Under the pieces are notes generated by a model. It had not been told where the DNA came from, ran no database searches, and saw only the letters and a list, made by a program, of their open reading frames with translations. From positions 62,202 to 126,201 of the forward strand of contig JAZUAD010000024.1 in the NCBI GenBank assembly GCA_045637825.1: a stretch of DNA of 64,000 nucleotides. Reading direction: 5' to 3'. Positions 7,582 through 16,167 of the stretch are shown here, piece after piece; position 1 is the first letter of the stretch; the number at the start of each line of letters is the position of its first letter. A program made the translations under genes and the position numbers. The stretch is from Candidatus Onthoplasma sp. GTDB lineage: Bacteria; Bacillota; Clostridia; Christensenellales; UBA1242.

Positions 7582-9114
7582 ATGGATATTTTAAAGCATT
7601 TAGCAAGTTATGAAGGATTAAAACTTAAAGAAGTATTGTTTAATAAGGGAGTTAGGAAGTTGACTGCCACATTTTTATATAATCCTACGCTGTTTGTGGT
7701 GGCTGATAAAGTAGAGGAAATCGAAACTTTGTTAAAAGGACTTGTGCCTGAAGATGTGGTAGTGGAAACTAAATTTATTCGCAGTAATTTGGACAAAGCC
7801 AATATTGCACTATTTTTACTTAATGCAGTTACAAACAATTTCCCGAGTCTTGCTAAAAACTTTTCACTAGATGATATCAAACTTGATATTGATAGCAGTA
7901 ATGTGAAAGTAGATTTATATATAGACCCTACAGTGTATGATTTTGTTGTTAATAATAGTAGAGAACGTGATATTGAAGATAAGTTAAAAGATAATTTCTT
8001 TGCCGAATTTAAAGTTATATTAAACAAAAAAGCAGACTTTGTAGGTGGCGGTCACGTTGATGCGATTGCTGATAGTAAAGAGTTTAATGAAAGCATTAAG
8101 TTTTTTGAAAATAAGGTGTTATACAAAATTACAAATGTTAACCACATTGTAAACAAGGTTGAATATAATATGGCGCTTGATTTTAGTAAGGTTAACGATG
8201 CTATGAGTAACTGCGCAGTGTGTGGTACGCTTACTAAGTTTGAAAAGCGAACTTATATGCGCAAATCTACACGTAATGGTCGTACTACTGAACAAGAACG
8301 TATATTTTATACCTTTACGCTTATGAACGATGGAAAATATTTAAGTGGTTCAATTTTCCCTCGTATTGCTGAGGAAAAAAAGTGCGAAGTGGTAGAGGCA
8401 GGTCGTAAGGTTGCGATGTTTGGTAAGTTTGATAATTATAAAGGTAGACTTAACTTTACCGCAGACAGTTTATGTATATGTGACTTTGAAAAATATGTGC
8501 CACGTGTTGAATTTAAGCACGTAAACCAAAATTATCATACGATTATTCCAGAACCTTATGAAGATTTTGAGCAAGGGAATATGTTTGGTGAAGAAGGTAC
8601 TAATATTCCAAAAGAAGTAATGGAAAAAGATTATGTGGTATTTGACTTTGAAACCACAGGGCTGGAAAGCGCTAAGGACGAAATTATTGAAATAGGTGCG
8701 GTAAAGATAAGCAAAGGTAAAATTGTATCTACCTTTTCAACATTTATAAAACCAAGTGTTCCTATTCCTGCCGAGATTACTGAACTAACTCATATAACTG
8801 ATGATATGGTGGCGGACGCCCCAGCAATTAACTATGTATTGCCAGATTTTTACAAATATTGCTATGGTTGTACTTTGGTTGCTCAAAATATTTCTTTTGA
8901 CTATGGATTTTTGAATGCTATAGGTAAGAAAATGCTGTATAATTTTGATAATCCTCAATATGACACAATGGTTATGGCTCGTAATAAATTAAGAGGGCTA
9001 AAGAACTACAAACTAGGCACTATTTGTGATTATTTGGGTGTATCATTAGTGGGTGCACATCGTGCGGTAAACGATTGCCTTGCTACTGCAAAAGTATTTT
9101 TGAAATTAATTTAA
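7582..9114 (+). CDS. PolC-derived protein: PolC-type N-terminal and OB-like regions fused to a DnaQ-like 3'-5' exonuclease; no PHP or polymerase core
   Basis: 510 aa. Exo I YVVFDFETTGL, Exo II VAQNISFDYGFL, Exo III HRAVNDC, all collinear with the B. subtilis PolC exonuclease segment. The ORF ends right after Exo III. It sits at the syntenic polC position between rseP and rimP. Confidence 0.7.
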   Translation: MDILKHLASYEGLKLKEVLFNKGVRKLTATFLYNPTLFVVADKVEEIETLLKGLVPEDVVVETKFIRSNLDKANIALFLLNAVTNNFPSLAKNFSLDDIKLDIDSSNVKVDLYIDPTVYDFVVNNSRERDIEDKLKDNFFAEFKVILNKKADFVGGGHVDAIADSKEFNESIKFFENKVLYKITNVNHIVNKVEYNMALDFSKVNDAMSNCAVCGTLTKFEKRTYMRKSTRNGRTTEQERIFYTFTLMNDGKYLSGSIFPRIAEEKKCEVVEAGRKVAMFGKFDNYKGRLNFTADSLCICDFEKYVPRVEFKHVNQNYHTIIPEPYEDFEQGNMFGEEGTNIPKEVMEKDYVVFDFETTGLESAKDEIIEIGAVKISKGKIVSTFSTFIKPSVPIPAEITELTHITDDMVADAPAINYVLPDFYKYCYGCTLVAQNISFDYGFLNAIGKKMLYNFDNPQYDTMVMARNKLRGLKNYKLGTICDYLGVSLVGAHRAVNDCLATAKVFLKLI

Positions 9115-9142
9115 AAATATTTTATAAAAATGTAAATAATAC

Positions 9143-9198
9143 TTGACATATTATTAAGGGTGTGGTAGTATACTAATGTAAATAAAATTTTACATTAG
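9143..9198 (+). promoter_or_regulatory. promoter (TTGACA-17-TAGTAT) followed by a 10-bp-arm palindrome (candidate operator or 5' hairpin)
   Basis: CTAATGTAAA (9173-9182) and TTTACATTAG (9189-9198). It starts 2 nt after the -10 box and abuts the AGGAGG RBS. Confidence 0.4.
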
Positions 9199-9207
9199 GA
9201 GGTGTTT

Positions 9208-9537
9208 ATGGAAAAGGAAAAGATTTTACAAAAGGCACACAAAAAGCACCCATTAGGTGAAATGGAGGCACAAAAGATTAACAAAAGTAATTGGATTGCG
9301 GTTATTGTGGCTGGCGTGGTTGCTGTAGCACTTATGATTACGGAAGGTGTATTGGGGCATTTTACAGGACTATATGCAATAGGCTTTGTGTGTTTTAGTT
9401 GGGCTAGCGTGTTTTATGCTTGTCAATATTTTATTGCAAAGCGTCCATATGGTGTGCTAATAGGAGCAATACTAGAATGCATAGGTGCAATTATAATGAT
9501 GATATTATTTATTTTAACAAATGTAGGAGTGATGTAA
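9208..9537 (+). CDS. small integral membrane protein (3 predicted TM segments), co-transcribed with an XRE regulator
   Basis: ATG 9208 lies 5 nt after AGGAGG (the track start 9202 is an upstream GTG). Hydrophobic segments WIAVIVAGVVAVALMI, LYAIGFVCFSWASVFY, GAILECIGAIIMMILFIL. Confidence 0.5.
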   Translation: MEKEKILQKAHKKHPLGEMEAQKINKSNWIAVIVAGVVAVALMITEGVLGHFTGLYAIGFVCFSWASVFYACQYFIAKRPYGVLIGAILECIGAIIMMILFILTNVGVM

Positions 9538-9544
9538 TACTTAA

Positions 9545-9751
9545 ATGGATAAGGAATTAGTTTTACTTAATAACCTTAAAGAGATTAGAAAAAATAAGGG
9601 TATTTTACAAGAGCAACTGGCTGAAATGGTAGGCACAACACGTCAAACAATTATATCAATCGAAAAAGGTGTATTTAATCCATCAGCAAAACTTGCGCTT
9701 TTGCTGTGTGTAGCGCTTGATTGTAAGTTTGAACAATTGTTTTATTTTTAA
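9545..9751 (+). CDS. XRE-family helix-turn-helix transcriptional regulator
   Basis: 68 aa. Typical Cro/C1 HTH (LQEQLAEMVGTTRQTIISIEKG). Confidence 0.8.
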   Translation: MDKELVLLNNLKEIRKNKGILQEQLAEMVGTTRQTIISIEKGVFNPSAKLALLLCVALDCKFEQLFYF

Positions 9752-9871
9752 AATTTATTAAAATTGAAATAAAATAATACTAAAACAAAGATAAAATATA
9801 TAAAAATATATATTTATATTAAAAAAATAGCAAAATTTTAGCAAAAATTTAAAAAAATTTATTAAAAACTA

Positions 9872-9937
9872 TTGTAAAATAATTAAAAGTATGTTATTAT
9901 AATAATGCAGAGAAGGAGTGGGCGGAAGTCCACTCCT
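9872..9937 (+). promoter_or_regulatory. rimP-nusA-infB operon promoter (TTGTAA-17-TATTAT) and leader hairpin
   Basis: Hairpin AGGAGTGG-N8-CCACTCCT at 9914-9937, about 15 nt into the predicted transcript. No T-run follows. Confidence 0.35.
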
Positions 9938-9999
9938 AATTGTTTAAATAAAGGAAATCTGACTTTTGTTTAAAAATTTTAATAAAAAGGGGAGTTTTT

Positions 10000-10449
10000 A
10001 TGAAAACTGCTGATTTGGTTTTTGAAACCATTAAGCCATTATTTAATGGCGAAATTCAACTAGTGGAAGTTGAATATGTTAAAAAGTATGATAATATGCA
10101 TCTAATTGTTTATATCGATAAACCTACTGGTATTACATTAGAGGATTGCGAAAGCGTTAGTCGTATGATTGACCCGGTGATTGAGGAACTTAATCCTACC
10201 AAGGACGCTAGTTTCTGTCTTGATGTATCATCTTATGGTATTGATAAGCCATTAAAATATGATTGGCAATATGATAATTATCTAGATAAGATGGTTACAG
10301 TTAAGTTATACAAAAAGGTAGACGCTTTAAAGGAATTTGATGCAATACTGAAAGGGTATAAAGACATTTACAAATTTGAAATTAAAGGTGAAATAATAGA
10401 AATTAGTAAAGATTTAGTGGCATACGTATTGCCATACATTGAGTTTTAA
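10000..10449 (+). CDS. rimP: ribosome maturation factor RimP
   Basis: 149 aa. Conserved position upstream of nusA. RimP-like N-terminal pattern. Confidence 0.85.
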   Translation: MKTADLVFETIKPLFNGEIQLVEVEYVKKYDNMHLIVYIDKPTGITLEDCESVSRMIDPVIEELNPTKDASFCLDVSSYGIDKPLKYDWQYDNYLDKMVTVKLYKKVDALKEFDAILKGYKDIYKFEIKGEIIEISKDLVAYVLPYIEF

Positions 10450-10460
10450 GGAGAAATATT

Positions 10461-11588
10461 ATGGTTAATAAGGAATTTTTTGAAGCACTAAGAGTAGTAG
10501 AGGAAGAACGTGGTATTCCACAAGAAAAAATGATTGCTATGATTGAAGCAGGTTTAACTGCTGCATTTAAAAAGCATTTAGGCGAAGCTAAGTTATCACA
10601 AGTTAAACTTAACCCTGAAAAACATACACTTAAATTTTATTCAGGCAAGTTGATTGTTGAAACAGTTGAAGACCCAGACAAGGAAATTTCATTAGCTGAT
10701 GCTAAGGAAATTAAAAAGTCTTATAAAGTTGGTGAAATTGTATGGAAGGAAGAAAATCCTAAAAACTTTAATCGTATAGCAGTTCAAACAGTTAAACAAG
10801 TAGTAGTTCAAAACATTAAAGAAATTGAAAAGCAAGCAATAAGTAGCGATATTGCTGAAAAAGAAGGCAAATTAATAGTTGCTAACGTTCGCCGTACTGA
10901 TGGCGAAAATATTTATCTTGAAATTGGCGGAACAACCCTAGAAGGTTTGTTAACTAAACGTGATTGCTTGCCAGAAGATAACTTCCGTATTGGCGATAAG
11001 ATTAAAGTATTTGTTCGTCATATTCGTGATGACTACAAGGGAGCAGTGGTTCAAGTTACACGTTCTAATCCTGCGTTTGTTAAAAAGTTATTAGAAATGG
11101 AAGTGCCTGAAATTGCTAATGGCGATGTTGAAATTGTAAACATTGTGCGTGAGGCAGGTTTGCGTACAAAAGTTGCCGTTAAAACAGATATCAATGGTCT
11201 AGATGCTGTTGGTGCTTGTATCGGTAATAAAGGTATGCGTATTAATACAATCATTAACGAATTACACGGAGAAAAGATTGATATTATTAACTATTCTGAA
11301 GATGCTAGAGAATTTATTATATCTGCACTTAGCCCAGCAACAGTAAATGAAGTTTATGTAGACATTAATAATCAATCAGCACAAGTATTAGTTCCTGAAA
11401 ATAAATTGTCACTTGCTATTGGCAAGGGTGGACATAATGTTAGACTTGCTGCTAAACTTACAGGTTACAAACTAGATGTTAAGGGCGAAAAGGAATATGT
11501 TCGTACAAATGATGTTTTAGTAGCAAATGATGTAAATATCATTGTTGATGATATGGACGATGATTTGTTTGAAGATATTGACGACTAG
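10461..11588 (+). CDS. nusA: transcription termination/antitermination factor NusA
   Basis: 375 aa. S1 and tandem KH regions (GACIGNKGMRINTI, LAIGKGGHNVRLAAKLTG). Confidence 0.95.
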   Translation: MVNKEFFEALRVVEEERGIPQEKMIAMIEAGLTAAFKKHLGEAKLSQVKLNPEKHTLKFYSGKLIVETVEDPDKEISLADAKEIKKSYKVGEIVWKEENPKNFNRIAVQTVKQVVVQNIKEIEKQAISSDIAEKEGKLIVANVRRTDGENIYLEIGGTTLEGLLTKRDCLPEDNFRIGDKIKVFVRHIRDDYKGAVVQVTRSNPAFVKKLLEMEVPEIANGDVEIVNIVREAGLRTKVAVKTDINGLDAVGACIGNKGMRINTIINELHGEKIDIINYSEDAREFIISALSPATVNEVYVDINNQSAQVLVPENKLSLAIGKGGHNVRLAAKLTGYKLDVKGEKEYVRTNDVLVANDVNIIVDDMDDDLFEDIDD

Positions 11589-11840
11589 GTGATTATGCAT
11601 ACAACCTATGAAAGAAGATGTGTTGCCTGTAGGCAAACAAATTTAAAACAAAACTTAATTCGTGTGTGTAGGGTTAATAATGAATATGTTATTGACCTAA
11701 ATAAATTAAATGGCAGAAGTGCTTATATTTGTAATAATGCCGATTGTTTAAAAAAAGTGGTTGACAAAAAATTATTAAATCGTGCATTTAAAACTAATTT
11801 AGAAGATATTTATAGCAAGTTGAGAGGATATATTGAATAA
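11589..11840 (+). CDS. ylxR: YlxR/RnpM family (DUF448) RNA-binding protein
   Basis: 83 aa. RRCVACRQ motif. Conserved position after nusA. Confidence 0.85.
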   Translation: MIMHTTYERRCVACRQTNLKQNLIRVCRVNNEYVIDLNKLNGRSAYICNNADCLKKVVDKKLLNRAFKTNLEDIYSKLRGYIE

Positions 11841-12129
11841 ACTAATAAAAACATATATAGGGTTTAGCATAAAGTCTAAATCTGTTGTAATAGGTCAGGA
11901 TAGACTAAAGGAAACTAAGGATAAGATTAGTTTGATTGTATATTGCAATACCGCTAGTCAAAATTTAAAGGATTTAATTTTGCGATTGTCGGAAAAGTTT
12001 AATTGCAAAGCAATAATGTTAGATGATGACTTGGAATTGTATACAAGTATACTTGGTTGTAAAGTGTTGGGAATAACCAACAAATCGCTAGCAGATGCGA
12101 TTATTAAAGTTGTGGAAGGACAAAAATAG
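11833..12129 (+). CDS. ylxQ: L7Ae-family ribosome-associated protein YlxQ
   Basis: 98 aa. Conserved position between ylxR and infB. TTG start overlapping the ylxR stop. Confidence 0.75.
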   Translation: MNKLIKTYIGFSIKSKSVVIGQDRLKETKDKISLIVYCNTASQNLKDLILRLSEKFNCKAIMLDDDLELYTSILGCKVLGITNKSLADAIIKVVEGQK

Positions 12130-12138
12130 GAGAGATTG

Positions 12139-14703
12139 ATGGAAAATAAAAGCAAAACAAAATTTGAAAATGTAAACTTGTTAAATGATTATTTAAAAGA
12201 GGGTAAACTTTCTGCATTGATGGGAAATATTCGTAACTTAAAAGTTCAAATGGATAACCTATGCAAAGAGGCCCGTATTAAGGAAAAGGATTTGCTTGCC
12301 GAACAACAAAAGGTAGAACAAAAAGCAAAACTTGCAGCAGTAGTAGAGGAAAATAAGGAAGTTAAGGTTGAAAAGATTCAACCAGTTGTTTCTGCTCCTC
12401 AAAGTGCTCAAAAACCAGTAAATCGCCCTAATATAAATAACAATCCACAAAACAATCGTAATCAAAATTTTAATAATCGTAATTTTAATCAAAACAACCG
12501 CAACCAAAATCAAAATGGACAAGGACCAAATAATAGAAATAATAACAATCAATTTAATCAAAATCGTAACTTTAACCAAAATAACCGCAATCAAAACAAT
12601 CAACAAGGATTTAATAAAAATCGTCCTGGACAATCTGGTCAAAATACTTTCCAAAAGGGTGCGGGACAATTTAACAAGCCATTTAATAAGCCAAATGGGT
12701 TAAGTAAGCCAGGATTTGGAGCTAAACCAGCTGTGTTTGCTTCACCTATTATTGAAACTCAACCTCAACGTGACCATGGAAACAAGAAAAAGGGTGGAAC
12801 ACACTACGAGGAAAAGAAAACTTATAGCAAATACGATTTGTTGCGTAAGGGTATGATAGAGGCGGATAATACTGAAGATAGAATGTTATCTCGTAAAGTT
12901 CGTACCAAGAAAAAGGAAGAAAAACAAATAGTTGTTAAACCTGCAGGTCCTGCAGTAATTACTACTGATAATATTACAGTTAAATTGCTTAGCGAAGTTA
13001 CAGGTAAAACTGTTAGTGAAATAATTAAAAAGTTTATGTTGCTAGGAATGATGGTTACTATTAACTCTGTAGTAGATTTCCAAACTGCAGAATTAATTGC
13101 TAGCGAAATGGGTGTTGAAATTATTCAAAAACTAGATAAAACTAGTGAACAAAAATTACAAGAAGTTCAAGATACAATTACAAACTATAGTGATGCCGAA
13201 GCTGTGGTTCGTCCTCCTATTGTTACAGTAATGGGTCACGTAGACCATGGTAAAACTTCACTACTTGACTATATTCGTAAAGCAAAAGTTACACTTGGTG
13301 AAGCAGGTGGTATTACTCAACATATCGGTGCTTATCGTGTAGATGTTGATGGTAAATCTATAACCTTTATTGATACACCAGGTCACGAAGCGTTTACTGA
13401 TATGCGTGCACGTGGTACATCTGTTACTGATATTGCAATCTTAGTAGTGGCGGCAGATGATGGTATAATGCCTCAAACTATTGAAGCAATTAACCATATT
13501 AAGTCAGCAGGCGTGCCTATGATTGTTGCAATTAACAAAATGGATAAGCAACAAGCAGACCCAGACCGCATTAAGCAACAACTGGCTGAAAATAATGTAT
13601 TGCCTGAAGAATGGGGCGGAGATGCAATTCTTGTGCCAATTTCAGCTAAAACTGGTATGGGTATTGATAAATTGCTTGAAACAATATTATTAGTGTCTGA
13701 AATGGGTGAATTTAAAGCAAATCCAGAAGCGCAAGCAATGGGAACTATTCTAGAAGCACGTCTTGATAAAGGTCGTGGTGCTGTGGCATCATTAATTGTA
13801 CGTAATGGTAGCTTGAAAGTTGGCGATACACTTGTAAGCGGTACTTGTATTTGTAAAGTAAAAGCTATGATAGATGAAAACAACAAGAGTGTTAAAGTTG
13901 CAACTCCTTCAACTCCAGTTTCAGTACTTGGATTTAGTGAAGTTCCAACTGCGGGCGAAAGTTTCACAGTTGTAGATGAAAAACTTTCTAAGGAAATTGT
14001 AGAAGAACGTAAAGCACGTATTAAGGCAGAACTTGCAAATAGTTCTAGTGCTAATACTCTTGAAGATTTAATGGCTAAAACTAGCGAAGGAAATAAGAAA
14101 ATACTTAATGTATTGCTTAAAACAGACGTTGGTGGTTCATTGGAAGCAATTAAACAATCTATTGCTAAAATTGAAAATGATGAAGTTAAAGTTAATATCT
14201 TGCACAGTGGCGTAGGCGGAATATCTGAATCAGATGTAATACTTGCAAATGCTTCAAGCGCAGTTATCTTGGGCTTTAATACTCATACAGATAGCAAGGT
14301 TAAGACAGTGGCTGAACGCCTAAAGGTTAATATCAAGAACTATAAGATTATTTATGAATTACTAGAAGAACTTGAAGCTGTTATGAAGGGTATGAAGGAA
14401 CCTAAATACGAAAAGGTTGAAATGGGTAAGGCAGAAGTACTTGTGGTATTTAAACTTACAGGTATTGGTATTGTTGCTGGTTCAATCGTTCGTGATGGTG
14501 TGATTGCTCGTAATACTCATGCAAGAGTTATTCGAGATGGTGAAGTGATTGTAGAAGATTGTGAACTATCTAGCGTTAAAATCGTTAAAGATGACGTTAA
14601 GGAAGCAGGTAAAGGTCGTGAATGTGGTATCAAGCTTGCATTTAATGAAATTAAAGTTGGCGATATAATCGAGTGTTTTGCACTTAAAAGGATTGAAGAT
14701 TAA
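12139..14703 (+). CDS. infB: translation initiation factor IF-2
   Basis: GTPase motifs GHVDHGKTSLLD, DTPGHEAF, NKMD. ATG 12139 after AGGAGAG (the track start 12136 is TTG). Confidence 0.95.
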   Translation: MENKSKTKFENVNLLNDYLKEGKLSALMGNIRNLKVQMDNLCKEARIKEKDLLAEQQKVEQKAKLAAVVEENKEVKVEKIQPVVSAPQSAQKPVNRPNINNNPQNNRNQNFNNRNFNQNNRNQNQNGQGPNNRNNNNQFNQNRNFNQNNRNQNNQQGFNKNRPGQSGQNTFQKGAGQFNKPFNKPNGLSKPGFGAKPAVFASPIIETQPQRDHGNKKKGGTHYEEKKTYSKYDLLRKGMIEADNTEDRMLSRKVRTKKKEEKQIVVKPAGPAVITTDNITVKLLSEVTGKTVSEIIKKFMLLGMMVTINSVVDFQTAELIASEMGVEIIQKLDKTSEQKLQEVQDTITNYSDAEAVVRPPIVTVMGHVDHGKTSLLDYIRKAKVTLGEAGGITQHIGAYRVDVDGKSITFIDTPGHEAFTDMRARGTSVTDIAILVVAADDGIMPQTIEAINHIKSAGVPMIVAINKMDKQQADPDRIKQQLAENNVLPEEWGGDAILVPISAKTGMGIDKLLETILLVSEMGEFKANPEAQAMGTILEARLDKGRGAVASLIVRNGSLKVGDTLVSGTCICKVKAMIDENNKSVKVATPSTPVSVLGFSEVPTAGESFTVVDEKLSKEIVEERKARIKAELANSSSANTLEDLMAKTSEGNKKILNVLLKTDVGGSLEAIKQSIAKIENDEVKVNILHSGVGGISESDVILANASSAVILGFNTHTDSKVKTVAERLKVNIKNYKIIYELLEELEAVMKGMKEPKYEKVEMGKAEVLVVFKLTGIGIVAGSIVRDGVIARNTHARVIRDGEVIVEDCELSSVKIVKDDVKEAGKGRECGIKLAFNEIKVGDIIECFALKRIED
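12418..12650 (+). repeat. N/Q/R-rich low-complexity coding repeat in the IF-2 N-terminal region
   Basis: Protein segment NRNQNFNNRNFNQNNRNQNQNGQGPNNRNNNNQFNQNRNFNQNNRNQNNQQ. The DNA is iterated AAY/CAA/CGY triplets. Confidence 0.8.
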
Positions 14704-15080
14704 TGAAAAATAATAGATTAGAACGTGTTAATTCCGAACTTCAAAAGGAAATAGCACTTATAATAAATAATGAACTTCGTGACCCGCAAATTACCTCAAT
14801 GATTGGTGTTAGCACGGTTGATGTTTCGCCAGACCTTGCTAACGCTAAAGTATATTTGTCAGTGTATGGCGGAGATGCAGATGATACGCTTAATCGTATC
14901 AAAGGTGCAGGTTCGTTTATACGTGGCAGACTTGCTAAAAAAATACGTTTGCGTATTATTCCAAGATTAGATTTTTATCTTGATAATTCGCAAGTTTATG
15001 GTCAAAAGATTGATGAGTTATTAAGTAACATTACTTATACAACCAATCCAGATGACCAATTTGATTATGAGGAAGATTAA
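14703..15080 (+). CDS. rbfA: ribosome-binding factor A
   Basis: 125 aa. Conserved position after infB. RbfA-like sequence. Confidence 0.9.
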   Translation: MKNNRLERVNSELQKEIALIINNELRDPQITSMIGVSTVDVSPDLANAKVYLSVYGGDADDTLNRIKGAGSFIRGRLAKKIRLRIIPRLDFYLDNSQVYGQKIDELLSNITYTTNPDDQFDYEED

Positions 15081-15928
15081 TGAGGGGAATATTATTAGTA
15101 AACAAGCGTCAGGGCTGGACAAGCTTTGACGCTGTTAATTTTTGTAAGAGAGTATTTAATACTCGAGAGGTAGGGCACTTAGGCACACTTGACCCTATGG
15201 CAACTGGTGTACTGGCTGTAACTGTTGGCAGTGCTAATAAACTATTTGATATGTTTTTAAACAAAAGTAAGACGTATGTTGCTGAATTTACTTTTGGTTA
15301 TTGCACCGATACACTAGATGCAGAAGGAAAAATAGAGGATAAGTGTGATATAATACCAACGCTAGAACAAATAGAGGGTATTTTGCCGGAGTTTATTGGA
15401 GAAATTGAGCAAATTCCACCAAAGTATAGCGCAAAAAAAATTAATGGAAAAAAGGCATACGACCTTGCTCGTAATGGACAAGAATTTGAATTAAGACCAA
15501 GCAAGGTTACAATAAATAATCTTAAAGTTTTGGATTATAATAATGGAATTTTAAAACTTGAAATTGAGTGCGGAGCAGGCACTTATATCCGTTCATTTGG
15601 TCGTGATATTGCATTAAAACTTAACACGCTTGCTACTATGACAAGTCTTGTTAGAACTCGCCTTGGAAGGTGGGATATTGAAGATTGTATTGATATTAAG
15701 GACAACACAAACGAGAGTATTCAATCTAAATTATTGCCTATAGATAGCGTATTTAATAATTTAACTACACTAGATGATGTGCAGATTGTTGGTCGTTTAC
15801 TTAATGGTCAAACAGTAATTACAGATGTTAAAGATGGCGATTATAGACTATATAAAGATAGCGAATTTGTAGCAATAGCCACCGCCAAAGATAAACATAT
15901 TAAGATGACTAAATACTTTAAAGTGTAG
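15080..15928 (+). CDS. truB: tRNA pseudouridine(55) synthase TruB
   Basis: 282 aa. Catalytic motif GHLGTLDPMATGVL. Confidence 0.9.
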   Translation: MRGILLVNKRQGWTSFDAVNFCKRVFNTREVGHLGTLDPMATGVLAVTVGSANKLFDMFLNKSKTYVAEFTFGYCTDTLDAEGKIEDKCDIIPTLEQIEGILPEFIGEIEQIPPKYSAKKINGKKAYDLARNGQEFELRPSKVTINNLKVLDYNNGILKLEIECGAGTYIRSFGRDIALKLNTLATMTSLVRTRLGRWDIEDCIDIKDNTNESIQSKLLPIDSVFNNLTTLDDVQIVGRLLNGQTVITDVKDGDYRLYKDSEFVAIATAKDKHIKMTKYFKV

Positions 15929-15941
15929 GAAGGATTTAATT

Positions 15942-16133
15942 ATGAATAATGAAATTAAAAAGAAACAAGACAAGAAAGAATTTGATAGAATAATAGATAG
16001 AATGATAAGACATTATCAATATCAAATTAAGATAAATGAAAATATTCCTGCTTTAAGCGAGATTGTAGCAGGGCATAGAGAAAATGTTAAATTTTTAGAA
16101 GATTTGCGTGATGGAAAACTCGAACTGAAATAA
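15942..16133 (+). CDS. hypothetical small protein (63 aa)
   Basis: AGGAAGGA RBS 6 nt upstream. No recognisable motif. Confidence 0.3.
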   Translation: MNNEIKKKQDKKEFDRIIDRMIRHYQYQIKINENIPALSEIVAGHRENVKFLEDLRDGKLELK

Positions 16134-16140
16134 TTTATAA

Positions 16141-16167
16141 AAACTCTCAGTTAAATACTGAGAGTTT
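16141..16167. terminator. bidirectional rho-independent terminator
   Basis: AAACTCTCAG-N7-CTGAGAGTTT flanked by an A-run and a T-rich tract. It serves the convergent ORFs 15942..16133 (+) and 16151..17566 (-). Confidence 0.75.

Noticed and set aside
7608-8027. Long antisense or alternative-frame ORFs inside confident genes (for example 7608..8027, 13473..13967, 17801..18223, 39543..40145, 41130..41546, 49721..50149, 56362..56780, 61125..61361, 62230..62460)
   Set aside because: Each lies fully within a well-supported conserved gene on the other strand or frame. Their composition is the Ser/Leu/Ile-rich type typical of AT-rich antisense frames. None has an RBS.
12259-12669. 136-aa antisense ORF and the 62-aa alternative-frame ORF (12515..12703) inside the infB low-complexity region
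   Set aside because: They are produced by the repetitive AAY/CAA/CGT coding repeat of IF-2. They have no RBS and a low-complexity hydrophobic translation.
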